Assembly (NCBI RefSeq): GCF_006345805.1
Contig: NC_043012.1
Span: 30,690,001-30,754,000 of the forward strand
DNA from: Octopus sinensis
Taxonomy: Eukaryota
Direction: 5' to 3'
Length of the DNA: 64,000 nt
Of this stretch, positions 39,950-53,179 are shown one piece after another. The number at the start of each line of letters is the position of its first letter. The first letter of the stretch is position 1. The notes below the pieces were generated by a model, which was given only the letters and a program-made list of their open reading frames with translations, had not been told where the DNA came from and ran no database searches. Position numbers and translations under genes: made by a program.

Positions 39950-42900
39950 TAACTTAGCTTGGTTTCGGCCATTATCGGCCCAGGCCATGACTAACTCAAT
40001 AGCACCACATGGGAAAGCCTTTTAGTTTATTATTTCGGGACACCATGGACCACTCAAGCAGAGAGTTGTTGTTGTTGGTTGTATCCAGATGTGGGTGGTT
40101 TATCCGGTATTTCCCGGGGGAATTTATCCATGTACCGTTTGAAAGTTGTGGGGTCTTTCTCTACTTTAATTTCTTTTGGGATAACATTGAAAAATGCAGG
40201 ACCATTGCAATGTTCTTATGGGATGTGATCTCGACCTTTGTAGGGGACGTATTGCACGAAGGCCTAGTCTTGTGTGAATTGTAAACATTATACCGATATC
40301 ATTTGGATACTATTGGTGGAATATTTTCCACATGGTGCAAATAATGTATCGTTCACAGCGGCGTTGGCAGAGAATAGAGCGTCAGCTGTTTAAGTCGAGC
40401 CCAGTAATGAAGTCCCATCATGCCATTTATTTTTTGTGATTGAGCTTTGTGGTGCTTCGATCTTCTTTATGTCTTGTTTTTCGTAGGGGAACCACAATAG
40501 GCAGCAGTATTTGAGGTGGGGCCTAGCGAACGTGGAGAAGAGAAGGATGATGGTTTCATGGTCCCTAGATTGGAAAGTTCTGAGGATCCATGAGCACATT
40601 CTGCGGGCTATATCGAATTTTTTTGTTGATGTGCACACTTCAGCTAGGGTTGCTGTCGACAGTTACGCCTAAGTCTCTGATTTAACACGACGGTACTGTA
40701 TATGGTTGTTTGAGTGCCCACTCTTCCAAAGTGGATGAACTCAAATTTTTCTTCGTTCGACTGCATATTGTTTTTTTTGTGCCCATTGGGTTACTGTGCA
40801 TAGGTCCGATCACATGCTCCCTTAATGACTTTCTGGAGCTTAGAGTCATCTGCAAATATTCTTATGGTCCTATGTTCAATAGAATTTGTAATGTCATTGA
40901 TATAGACAATAAAAAGAAGTGGATCCAGCACAGTACCCTGCTGAACTCCGCTGATGACTTTTGCTAGTCTTGAGTGGATGCATCAACCACAACATACTGG
41001 GTCCTGTTTGTTGGGAAATACCTAATCCATTGAAGTAGCTTTCCACCGACTCCAGCGTTGGGTAGTTTTCTTAACAGTATATTGTGGTCGACTCTGTCAA
41101 AGGCCTTGCTGAAATCAATGTATATGACATTCGCGTTGGTGGCCTCAATTAGTGCATTTAAGATGTCATCAAAGTGGTGGAGGAGCTGTGTTAGACAGTC
41201 CCTCCCACCACGAAAGCCATGCTGGATACATTTTAGATGATTTTGTTCTAGGATTCTTGATCTCAACACTCTCTCAAATACTTTGATGATATGTGAAGCG
41301 AGTGAGATTGGACGGTAGTTTGCAGGGAGCGATTTATTCCCCCTTTTTAAAGATAGGAACGACTGACTGGGAGAGAAGGTTTTGAGGGATAAAACCGGCA
41401 CCCAGTGATTTTCCTCCAGGGATTTGCAAGAGAAGCTGCAAGTTTCTGTCTGCATTCCTTCAGCACTCTAGTAGGGAACCTGTCCAGACCCACTGCTGAA
41501 TCAGGTTCGATTTCTTTTATTGCTGCTAGGATATCAGTGGCGTCGAAGGTTATGTCGGGAAGGACATGTTGAGGATTCACAGAAGCAAAGCTGCTTGAGT
41601 CAACTGAATCAGGGTCACTGAAGACAGAGCAATATTGACTTTACAAGATCTCAGCTATATATTTGACATCACTGTGAAGGATACCGATAGAAGAACCTGT
41701 GGTCCTATGGGTTTTTGCAAAGGAGTAAAAGACCTTAGGATTGTCGTTTATGAGGGTTCTCATACAGTCCTGCAGTTGTTGCTTCCTTGATTCTAAAGTT
41801 GCTAATCTTCTCGATTGGGGTGATGCTGATGGTGGTATTTTAGGGTATTGATTTTTCGGTTTGTTCTTTTTATTCTCCTCGTGAGCGATTTTCTCTGTTT
41901 TGGGAATTTTGCTTCTACTGTTGTTTATGAGTCGTGAGGGTGTATGTTTTGAGCATATGTGAGTGACTGCGTCCTCAAATAGTTGACATGCGCTTGTGTT
42001 TGTTGTGGTATTGAAGGAAGCAAGGATGAAGGACCAATCCACTTGCGATAAGTCTTGAGCGATCGCCCTCCATTTGACTTGTATAAATTCCTGTTATCAA
42101 ATGGGTGCACTGGAGTTGGTGATTTATGCCAAATGTTTGGATGCTGAAGATTGAGGTTACAGAGTACTATGTCGTGATCGGAGAGGAGGGTTCTTTCCAC
42201 TGTAATGTTATGAATCGTGTTGGCATGGTTGCTTAGCACTAGGTCCAAGACACTTTGGCTATTTCTGGTTGGTTCATGGACGAGTTGTGAGAGGAAAAAA
42301 TTATCCATAAATTAAAAAAGTAACTCCACTGCTGCTTTGTCTGAGCTTGAGGTGAAGGTTCCTGGTCTAACAATATTAGTGGACCAATCTACAGAGGATA
42401 GGTTGAAGTTACTCATCATCAGAATATTTCTTGGGTTACATTGCAGGAGGAAAGATTTGATCTTCTCGAGGCACTCTTGGAAATAGTGTTAGGGTGCTTG
42501 TGGGAGTCTGTAGAGCCCAATTACAGACAGGTCTTTACCCTTGTTGTGTTCAGAGACTGATTTGCAGTAGCCGTTGGAGAAAATGTCTTTGGCATCTGCG
42601 CTGAAAGAATCATGGAGGGAAACAGCAACCCCGCCCTTTCTTTGGCCTGCCCGATCAGCGCGAATGGCAGTGAAGCCTCTGATTTTCAGTTCAGTCCTCT
42701 AAATGAAGATCGTTAGGTGGGTCTCAGTTAGGACAAAAAAAAAAAAAGGATTGGGTGTGAGTGTGCAGCAATCCATCCCTCAATGTAGGGTATTTTCCAT
42801 TTTTGAGCCTTAATGGCTGGGTTGATCCCTTGGGGATTAAGGAGGAATGTCGTTGTTAAGGCAGCAGCTTTTTGCGTTTCTTTAATATCTGCACATGCTT

Positions 42901-42960
42901 GTTGTTGTTGCTACTCAGTGGCAGTAGCAAGGGTATTTTTTGCCTTGGGTTGGTAGTAGA
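39950..42960 (-). mobile_element. CR1/L2-group LINE, near-complete but frameshifted ORF2 (APE plus RT) and 3' tail
   Basis: APE: LTETHL, RADR..RKGGVAV, EPTRN..LDLVL..SDH; RT: NYRPISLASHIIKVFER, QHGFR, IDFSKAFDRVDH, SWILRTFQSR..YCCLLWFP; structured 3' end at 39962-40009. Confidence 0.92.
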
Positions 42961-43004
42961 GGTTGAATACTTCTCTGTATTTCTTTCGCCTACACACACG
43001 CACA

Positions 43005-43051
<47 letters not shown>

Positions 43052-43197
43052 CACACACACATATATAAATATATGTATGTACGACCACTGGTCATTTGGG
43101 TCTGAAAAGGCATATGTAAAGCTAAGCGCTTTAGGCACGCGAAACCTTCGGTAACCCAATGAAGCGGTCATAACTTTCGCTTTCTCTCTCTCTCTCT

Positions 43198-43274
<77 letters not shown>

Positions 43275-43304
43275 CCCTCTATACATATACATAATTTCAA
43301 GTGA

Positions 43305-44552
43305 CATGGTGGAGTTGCTGTATACATCGGTGATGACCTCACATCCCAGGTCTTACTGTCATACTCAAATTCGGTATGTGACATTCTAATTGTATACATA
43401 AGACAACATAATATAGTCATATGCAATACATATTGCCCACCGGATGCTCCAAACGACATAAGCACGTTTGAAGATTGCCTCACAAGAATTAAAGAAATCC
43501 TCATGAATCTGGAACACCACGTGACCATATTTTTTATGGGTGATTTCAACTTCCCCAACGTCAAATAGCCCGAAGGTCTCATACTCTCAGGAATGACTCA
43601 TTGCAAGCAAGCACAGGTGGAGTCCCTGCTCAACCTCACCAATGCCTTATTCATGGAACAAGTTGTACTCAAACCAACTAGGGCGAATAACATTCTAGAT
43701 CTCTGCTTCACGAACAATATGGACATCATTCATGATGTGAAAGTGACACCGACATTAGTCTCGGATCACAACATAATAGAACTGTCTATGCTTGGGCCGA
43801 AAGTAACCAGAGACACACAGCCTAAAGGAAGCACCCGAAATCTCTCCAATCTGAACTTCCACAAAGCAGATTGGAAATCAATCCAAAAAGAGATCCTCAG
43901 AGAGGACTGGCCGAAATGTCTCTCCATACCATACATTGACATGAATCTAGAATGTTTCATGTCTTCTGTGCAAGCTATATGCCAGAAATATGTCCCAGAG
44001 CACAAGGCCAAAACAAATAGGAGCAATATTCCAAGAGATAGGAAGATCTGCATGAGACGACGGACGAAGGTTTCAAATCGACTCAACCAACATCCCAAAA
44101 GCAGCGAAACGTCCCGCCTAAAAAACAACACTGATAGAGATCGAAAAAAGGCTGCAACAATCCTATGTGAGGGAGAAAGCAGACAAAGAAGCCTGGGTTA
44201 TAAAAAACATTAAGTCAAACCCAAAGGCCTTCTTTCATTACGCGAAAGAAACAGCCTCAAGATAGGACCCCTCCTCCAAAAGGATGGATCCCTCACAGAC
44301 AGTCCAACTAAGATCAGTGAGATACTGAACGACCAGTTCAAAAGTGTCTTTACCACCCCGTTGGAACACAGACAAGTGAACGAAACAGTGGACTTCTTTG
44401 CCGCCTCAAGAGGTGCAAATGAGGGTAGCTATATCAAACTCCATTCTTCATCAAGTGCCACATATTAGAGGAGGCTCCTAGTAATAACAGTGTAGCGCGA
44501 AACGGTGGTGCATCAGCATGGCCGCAGCTCTGAGCTGAAACTTTAAAAAAAA
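43305..44552 (+). mobile_element. CR1/L2-group LINE derivative: APE plus linker fused directly to the 3' tail (RT absent)
   Basis: 43305-44213 in one frame with one internal TAG (43566): HGGVAVYI..MGDFNFP..PTRANNILDLCFTN..SDHNII; then KSNPKAFFHYAK..LNDQFKSVFT; jumps near 44437 to tail catggccgcagctctgagctgaaac plus poly(A). Confidence 0.88.
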
Positions 44553-44907
44553 TCTTATAAATGTATCAATACACTGATGGAGAAGCATATTCCGGCATTT
44601 GTTTTAGAGACAAATGAGAGCGAAGGACGACTTTTTCGGCCTAGATTTACCCTCATCAATAAACAATTACGCTTATTCATATCAAGTTTTAGATCATTTT
44701 TCATATACAATAATAATATTCGACATTCTCAGTTGGGGTCAATTTACGTAAGGTTGTGCTCTTTTATTCTCAGTCTCCTAAAGAAGTTTGCATAAATTAA
44801 GAATTTACTGCGCGCAGTAATCCATGCGCCCAAATTTAACTTTGTCAAAGGCTTGTCACTGAGATATTTGGGTTAATTTTTCATACATTCGCACACACAC
44901 ACACACA

Positions 44908-44952
<45 letters not shown>

Positions 44953-45002
44953 GCACATATGCATATATATATATATGCACATATGCATATATATATGCAT
45001 TG

Positions 45003-45504
45003 CAGCTTGCATATACAGAACCCAGAGGTATTGAAATCCCAGATTCACAGGCAGTGGAAAGTTTGGGGATCAGTTCGTGCAATGATGCATAATTTTATAT
45101 GCACATTACCAAGATGGCAGCAAAGTGCAGAAAACTGACAGGATGGATACTAAGGTCCTTCAAGTCAAGAGACCAAGAAGCTATGTTGACCCTGTGGAAA
45201 AAAACCTTTATTCTCAGCCGCCTGGACTACTTCTCCCAGCTATGGTCACCAAAATAACAGCGGAGCCTAAACAGTCCAATGACGCTACTTAAAAAGATCG
45301 AAACAGTTCAGGAGATGAGCGACAGGGTGAGACTGACAACATTACGACTTTACTTTCTGGAGCGAAGGCGCGACAGGAATGGAATAATCTACATATGGAA
45401 AACTCTAGAAGGGCTAGTAACTAATTTCGGCATTGAGTGTTATACAAATGCCGGAACTGGACGTCATTGGGTTAATTTATATATATATATATATAATATA
45501 TATA

Positions 45505-45589
<85 letters not shown>

Positions 45590-45658
45590 CAGACATATAT
45601 AGCAGCTTACCAATCTAATTATATGTGTGTGTTTGAAAACACACACACCTCTCTCATG

Positions 45659-45716
<58 letters not shown>

Positions 45717-45950
45717 CATACATACATATACACATATGTATATACATATAGATACATATACACATATGTATATACCAAAGGTAGCATTCACTCCATCTAA
45801 ATTCAGGACCAAGTACTGCAATAGCCTAGGATTCAAAGGCATACAGCTCTTCAATGCCCTGCCACAAAAATTAAGAAATCTGCATAAGATGGAAGTAGAT
45901 GTCCTCAGAGAGGAACTAGACATCCGCCTCTCCACAATACATGTGTTTAT
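45003..45950 (+). mobile_element. CR1/L2-group RT C-terminal fragment split by a ~300-bp microsatellite cassette (45470-45772)
   Basis: GWILRSFKSRDQEAMLTLW..ILSRLDYFSQLWSP..LERRRDR..GRHW | [26 protein letters not shown]. Confidence 0.85.
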
Positions 45951-46677
45951 ATACGTGCGTCTAAATACATAGACACACGAGAGAAGGAGATTTAGTATAT
46001 ATTGTAGCATCCTAAATTCATAATCTTTACACGTGTTTCGCTTGCGGACACTAGTACGTTGTGCTAGAAATCTTTACATAGACGATTGCATAATCACATT
46101 GAAACGCCAGATCCTCAGAAGAAAATGAAAATTTAATCAAGAGTTTGTGTGCGTTGTACCGGAGAAAACTTCCATATTTTACGGCGACTAAAATTAAAAT
46201 TATTTCATATTTAAATAGAGAGAAAAAAATTCACAACATATATAATTAATTTACATTTCGAAATCTGAACTGTTTTGTAATTCAAAACTTCAGAAAAACA
46301 AACGTTAGCACATACACATAGTAATACACACTTATACAGGTAATACAGAAACACACACACAGGCACGCGCGTATAAATGTGTGTATGAGAGTGTATGTAT
46401 GCTTGTGACTGTGGAATCATATTTGCAAAGACGGTGTTTCTGAAGAATATGAGATTATGGCAGCATTTCAGGTAAATCTGCCAATTATTTAGTAGAATGG
46501 AAAAGAAAAGCAACTTTCATACCGCATCGACATCAACACAGATAAATTGAGTGTGTGCGTGTGTGAGTGTTACTGTGTATGTGTCCATATCTATCTATCT
46601 ATACACATTCACATGTATATATATATACATACGTATACATATACGTACGGCGCGCGCGCACACACACACACATATAC

Positions 46678-46738
<61 letters not shown>

Positions 46739-46854
46739 TTACATATGCATACATATGAGAGAGGTGTGTGTGTTTGAAAACACACACATATAATTAGATT
46801 GGTAAGCTGCTATATATGTCTGTCTGTCTCTCTCTGTCTGTCTGTCTGTCTCTC

Positions 46855-46935
<81 letters not shown>

Positions 46936-46974
46936 GTTACACCTGATTGATTTGGAAAATTGTTTTCCCAAATT

Positions 46975-47016
<42 letters not shown>

Positions 47017-47028
47017 GAGAGAGAGAGA

Positions 47029-47074
<46 letters not shown>

Positions 47075-47350
47075 AAGACAGAGTAAAGACTGTTTGCCAA
47101 CATAACAAGGTAGTCCTGATTTAGGACGAATTTAGCCCCAGGAGTCATCGTCTCCAGCTGGCTATACGACACCAACTGTGTCCTTATATTTTCGAACAAG
47201 GAAATCTTACACCCCAACTCAGCTCAAAACAATATGTGTATATATATATGCATCTATATGTATATACATATGTGTATATGTATCTATACGTATATACATG
47301 TGTATATGTATCTATACGTATATACATATGTGTATATGTATGTATGTATG

Positions 47351-47388
<38 letters not shown>

Positions 47389-47455
47389 CATACATGAGAG
47401 AGGTGTGTGTGTTTTCAAACACACACATATAATTAGATTGGTAAGCTGCTATATA

Positions 47456-47496
<41 letters not shown>

Positions 47497-47497
47497 G

Positions 47498-47601
<104 letters not shown>

Positions 47602-47602
47602 T

Positions 47603-47962
47603 TCTTTTATTTTCTCTTACTGTTTCAGCCATCTAACTGCGGCCATGCCGAAGCACCGCCTTAAGTCGACCAGATCGATCCCAGGACTTATTCTTTGTTA
47701 GCCTAGTATTTATTCTGTCGGTTTCTTTTGCTGAACAGCTAAATTACGAGGACGCAAACACGCCAACATCAGTTGTCAAGCGATGGTGTGGGGATGAATA
47801 GATATATATACGACGGGCTCCTTTCAGTTTCTGTCTAACATATCTACTCACAAGGCTTTGGTCAACTCGAGGCTATAATAGAAGACACTAGTCCAAGGAA
47901 TTGAACTCAGAACCACGTGGCTGGGAAGCAAGCTTCTTACCACATAGCCATTTCTGCGCCTG
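47603..47962 (-). mobile_element. SINE family A, near full length
   Basis: Reverse complement matches the 35488 copy head, body and tail. Confidence 0.9.
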
Positions 47963-48019
47963 TATGTATGTATGTATGTATGTTATATATATATTATATA
48001 TATATATATAATATATATA

Positions 48020-48059
<40 letters not shown>

Positions 48060-49068
48060 ATTAATGTCAAGGTGAGCTACTCCTGCTTGACAACATTGCG
48101 TATATACATGTTAGCATTGCACGCACAAACAAACGTAAAAATGCCTCCGCACCACCCCAACCTGCGACTTCCGAAACCCCACCTTGTGCCCTCTAGGAGG
48201 ATCCTGCCTTTCAAGGACCGTAGTGCACAAAGCTGCGCTTAAACCTCTGATGGCATTGTTAGGCACTATAAAGCTAATTACTAATCACTATGACATCTAA
48301 CAGCATTACTAGGCACAGGGAAGCTACTCCCAGCATAAGCATTCATTCAGATCCAGGAACAGAAAGAACACTACTTCTTTGCCTCCTTTTCTCTAGAGAC
48401 TCCGTGACCTCTGAGACGAAATACGCAGCATCACGCGGACTATTGTCGACAGTGCACCACCATATTCAACCGGCGCCTCCAGCTCCCAACTCTGACTCCG
48501 TGAAAAACTGCATGTTCTCCAACAACCCGCAGTATCCATCAACAACAAATACAATTTACCTTATTGCTGTCACCAGAGGAATACTTGTCTGGTAAATTTC
48601 AGGCTACTGACTGCCAAAAACCCGGATATACCGCCTTAGTACCAGCTGCTACTTTGTACGCCTGCACCAAGATCACCACCACCAACTAACTCCATGAGCA
48701 GGACCGCCAATTACCAATCGCAAACGCGTCTACAAACCCATATATACAACTATATACTTGCACATATCGCTCCTTCTTAATTCCCCTCCAACAACCCGAT
48801 CAATTTCCTGTCCACCATGCGTTTTTTTACTGCTACCGTTATACCAGCATCAAACCACGACACCGCGTGACCGTTCTCGACCGATTGCAGCTCACCTTTC
48901 GGTAGTAACTTTTGTCATTCAGTTTCAAAATGGCTGAAGGCCATTACGCTTGAAACTCAAGGGTACCAATGAACGCATACATATATGTATATATGTATCC
49001 GTTCATTGGTACCCTTGTATATCTATATATGTATATATTATATATATATATATATATAGTTGAGGCGC

Positions 49069-49277
49069 AATGGCCCAGTGGTTAGGGCAGCGGACTCGCG
49101 GTCGTAGGATCGCGGTTTCGATTCCCAGACCGGGCGTTGTGAGTGTTTATTGAGCGAAAACACCTAAAGCTCCACGAGGCTCCGGCAGGGGATGGTGGTG
49201 ATCCCTGCTGTACTCTTTCACCACAACTTTCTCTCACTCTTTCTTCCTGTTTCTGTTGTACCTGTATTTCAAAGGGG
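49069..49277 (+). mobile_element. SINE family D (tRNA-Arg-like head), young, 3'-truncated
   Basis: ggcccagtggttagggcagcggacTCGcggtcgtaggatcgcggtttcgattccc with intact A/B boxes followed by a non-tRNA body. Confidence 0.85.
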
Positions 49278-49367
49278 ACAAACACAGACACACAAACATA
49301 TACACACACACATACATACGCATATATATATATATATATATATATAGATATATATATATATATTATA

Positions 49368-49400
<33 letters not shown>

Positions 49401-49614
49401 GTATATATAATATATAGAGAGAGAGAGAGAGTGATATATAGATAGGTAGATGTATTCTTTACAGATTTGCAAAATGCATCCCTACCAATGATAGGCTCCA
49501 GCATGGGCATGTCTAAGACAAATACAAACTCAACAATTTTACGGCTAACAGCTGAAAAATATTTAAAAAAATACTTTGCAAATCACATCACGCACTTCCT
49601 TGTAGAATGTGTAA

Positions 49615-50022
49615 CCTTTTCTACTCTAGGTTCAAGGCCCGAAATTTTTGGTGAGCGGGGCCAGTCGATTAGATCGATGACAGTACACAGCTGGTATTTA
49701 ATTTATAGATCTCGAAAGGATGAAAGGCAAAATCGACCTCAGCGGAATTTGAACTCAGAACGTAACGGCAGACGAAATACCTATTTCTTTATTACCCACA
49801 AGGGGCTAAACATAGAGGGGACAAACAAGGACAGACATAGGTATTAAGTCGATTACATCGACTTAATACCTATGTGCGTAACTGGTACTTTAATTTATCG
49901 ACCCCGAAAGGATGAAAGGCAAAGTCGACCTTGGCGGAATTTGAACTCAGAACGTAACGGCAGACGAAATACCGCTAAGCATTTTCCCCGGTGTACTAAC
50001 GTTTCTGCCAACTCGCCGCCTT
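49615..50022 (-). mobile_element. Two head-to-tail SINE family B copies (49615-49780 5'-truncated; 49781-50022 full)
   Basis: gcggaatttgaactcagaacgtaacggcagacgaaatacc present twice. Confidence 0.9.
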
Positions 50023-50147
50023 CCTTGTAAAGTGTATAACGACCAGATCTGGCCGAACCGGTATAAGATAGCCTTCAATCTTTATGTACGACTCTAAGGT
50101 TGTCAGTGTTTTGTTCAGTATCCATTCCTCCATACGAATGTAACTAT

Positions 50148-50220
<73 letters not shown>

Positions 50221-50221
50221 A

Positions 50222-50390
50222 TTTAAAAAAAACGGAACAAGAAAGGGATGAGAATGAAAACATACGGACAGAAGGACGATACAAAGACGGACAAGAAAAT
50301 CAGGAAGGAACATTCGTGGCTTTCTATTCATCAGTCAAGCTTCCAATCATCACTACAGTTTCGTCCTGTTACACTTGAGACTGTTCAAAA
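50222..50390 (-). mobile_element. Possible Penelope-like terminal fragment
   Basis: Minus strand GAAAC..CTGATGA spacing and pyrimidine tail similar to 57880-57930. Confidence 0.3.
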
Positions 50391-50990
50391 TCGGTAGGCC
50401 CCAAAATCTAAGCTATGGGCTTTAAATTTTTGGAAGAAAGCGAGTGAATATGTGCGACGGTACGTACAAAAAAAAAACGTGAAAACGGAGAAAATTTTAC
50501 ACGCTTACAAATAAAAACAAGAACAGATTATATATATATATATCCTTTTAAGATCTAAGAGCTCTACCAAACTACTGTATTCTAGATCCCAAATTTTCAG
50601 CTGTCGCAAACATATGGCTAAGTTCCTGTTAACGAAATGGAAAGTACCACCCTTTCCAAAGTGAGTAGCTGTACCACAGATTCTAGGTTTCTAGCTTTTC
50701 AGCCTTATGTTTTACGGTCAAAGGATAAATAACTCTAATTCCTCCCTTTTACTTCTTTCTGTTTTGCTTTTCGTATTCTAGTTTTTCAACCTTCCACCCT
50801 TATTATTTCTACTCGCCTTTTCTCAGCTTTTCTCTCATCCTATCGTTAAATTTTTAGCTTGTTATGCCATATGAGCAGTGCCTGAAGATTGTACCAAGGC
50901 ACTAGCCGCGTTAAAAACTGCTGTCTGACATGCTTTCATCGCATGACACTAATAGTATCACATAAAAACGTATATTGTGTTTATTAAATA

Positions 50991-51023
<33 letters not shown>

Positions 51024-51484
51024 CTGCGTTTCCTTTTATAATGCAGGTTAATCATTCCTCAATAAAATCGAAACCCCCAGTCCGAATTTTTGAAATTTTT
51101 ACAAGATCTGTAGGATCATGTATCCCATGTTTCATGTACTTTTCGTCTAAATTGGAGTACATTTAAAACAGAAATGAAGAAAATTACGTTTATAGGATGT
51201 TTCTTTTTATTATGCAAGTTAAGAAATATTACACAGAACACTAGATAAGCAGACCATTAATATATATTTGTATCTTCCACCGTATAATTATATTCACAAA
51301 CAACTATGTATATATTTTAACCATGTATATATTTTACATCTTTATATACGCCTCCTTTACGATCTATAACTTTAAATATTCTCTCATCAACTGATTTTCT
51401 CAATTTCTCAACAATCTCACTTTTAATATTACTTGCAGCAGCTTTTATTGCTTCACACAGAAAATCTTTGTTTGGATATTGCGG

Positions 51485-51688
51485 GTGAGCTGCAAGATAC
51501 AGGAGGAAATAGTGAGAGAACGTTGTGGCAAAAGAGTCAGCAGTAGTTCACCATTACCTTCTGCTGGAGCCGCGTGGAGCTTAGGTGTTTCGCTCATAAA
51601 CACACACATCGCCCGGTCTGAGATTCGAACCCGCGATCCCTCGACCGCGAGTCCGCTGCTCTAATCACTAGGCCATGTGCCTCCACTT
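51485..51688 (-). mobile_element. SINE family D
   Basis: Reverse complement homologous to 49069-49277. Confidence 0.85.
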
Positions 51689-51714
51689 ATGAAAAGGTAT
51701 TGCTCAAAATGTTA

Positions 51715-51812
51715 CAATAGAAGAAACTTTCCCAAATTGACACGCAACGGAACCGAACCCGAGAATATGTGGTTGCCAAAGAAACATCTTAACCACACAG
51801 CCATGCCTTGAT
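51715..51812 (-). mobile_element. SINE family A head fragment
   Basis: ggcatggctgtgtggttaag..caaccacatattctcgggttcggttcc on minus. Confidence 0.6.
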
Positions 51813-52188
51813 ACAACACAAGGCAACATCTTCGTGTTTGCACAACAGACTTCGTTGAGCGATGCTTTGGTTCCGATCGGTAATCACGAACTAATTTACA
51901 TATGACCATAACCAAGAAACTTGGTTTTCTTATGTCTTATTCCGAATATGGCTTAGTAATGAAGGAAAGCCTGGCAAATAAAATAAACAATAAAATAAGA
52001 TGATACAAGTATAAGATATAATACATAACAGAGTTATTACTCACGCATTAACGTTTGTTATGAGTTTCTTCCAGGCAAGATCAAATCACAACACACTGCT
52101 TCTCTTCTTACAAAGCACATACATTCACACATGCACACACATACACACACACACATATTTATTTATTCATACGTGTGCTTGCGTGTGC

Positions 52189-52225
<37 letters not shown>

Positions 52226-52498
52226 TACTGAGTTACGGGGATGTAAACGAACCAACATTGGTTGTCAACCAATGAGGAAAAAGTGCTTCATAGATCAGCA
52301 CACACATTCATACATGTATGTGTGTGTGTATTATTTATAAATATATCATACACATATACACACATTCATACAATTTATACCTAAATTTTTTTATGTGCGA
52401 AAATGCCTTTGACGGTATCTATGCATATGTATGTATGTATAGATAGATAGATGGATACATACGCATGTGTATATGTATATAAATATATATGCGTACAC

Positions 52499-52570
<72 letters not shown>

Positions 52571-53179
52571 AACGCACATGTACACACAGGTGTACACACC
52601 TACACACGCACGCACATATCTAAGCTCATATCCTATTTAGTAGATCATGTACTGTATATATGATACATAATCAGTAGGTCTTGCCGTGAAGAAAATGCAG
52701 AGATTCAGATCTGCAGGTCTGCGGCAGTTAACAGCGTCAGCACATCCGGTCTGATCCAGCAGAAACATTAAAGAGTGAGACAGAGACTGGCGTTTATACA
52801 TGTTATACTGCTGATAGCAGTGCGTTTTTATTTGTATGTATGTATGTATGTATGTATGTATGTATGTATGTATGTATGTATGTATGCATGTATGTATGTA
52901 TGTATGTATGTATGTATGTATGTATGTATGTATGTATGTATGTGTGCACATATCTATGTATGTATGTGTTTCTACATGTATACATGTAAATTTGTATGTA
53001 TGTGTGTATGTATATTTGTATGTATGCTTGCATATGTATATTTGCACGTGTTTGTTTATATGCATACATATACTATCATGAACAAGGCTATATGTGTTTC
53101 TATGTATGTATTTTATGTATGTTTGTGCATATATGCACGTATATAGATACGGACCGCATGCATGTCTAGCTGTGTGTGT

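Noticed and set aside
48290-48930. Possible Penelope RT or GIY-YIG coding remnant (SIHQQQIQFTL; NTIYLI)
   Set aside because: Motif matches are too short and in different frames to support a call
49074-49140. tRNA-Arg-like sequence
   Set aside because: No closed acceptor stem or Pol III terminator; it continues into a SINE body repeated at 51485-51688
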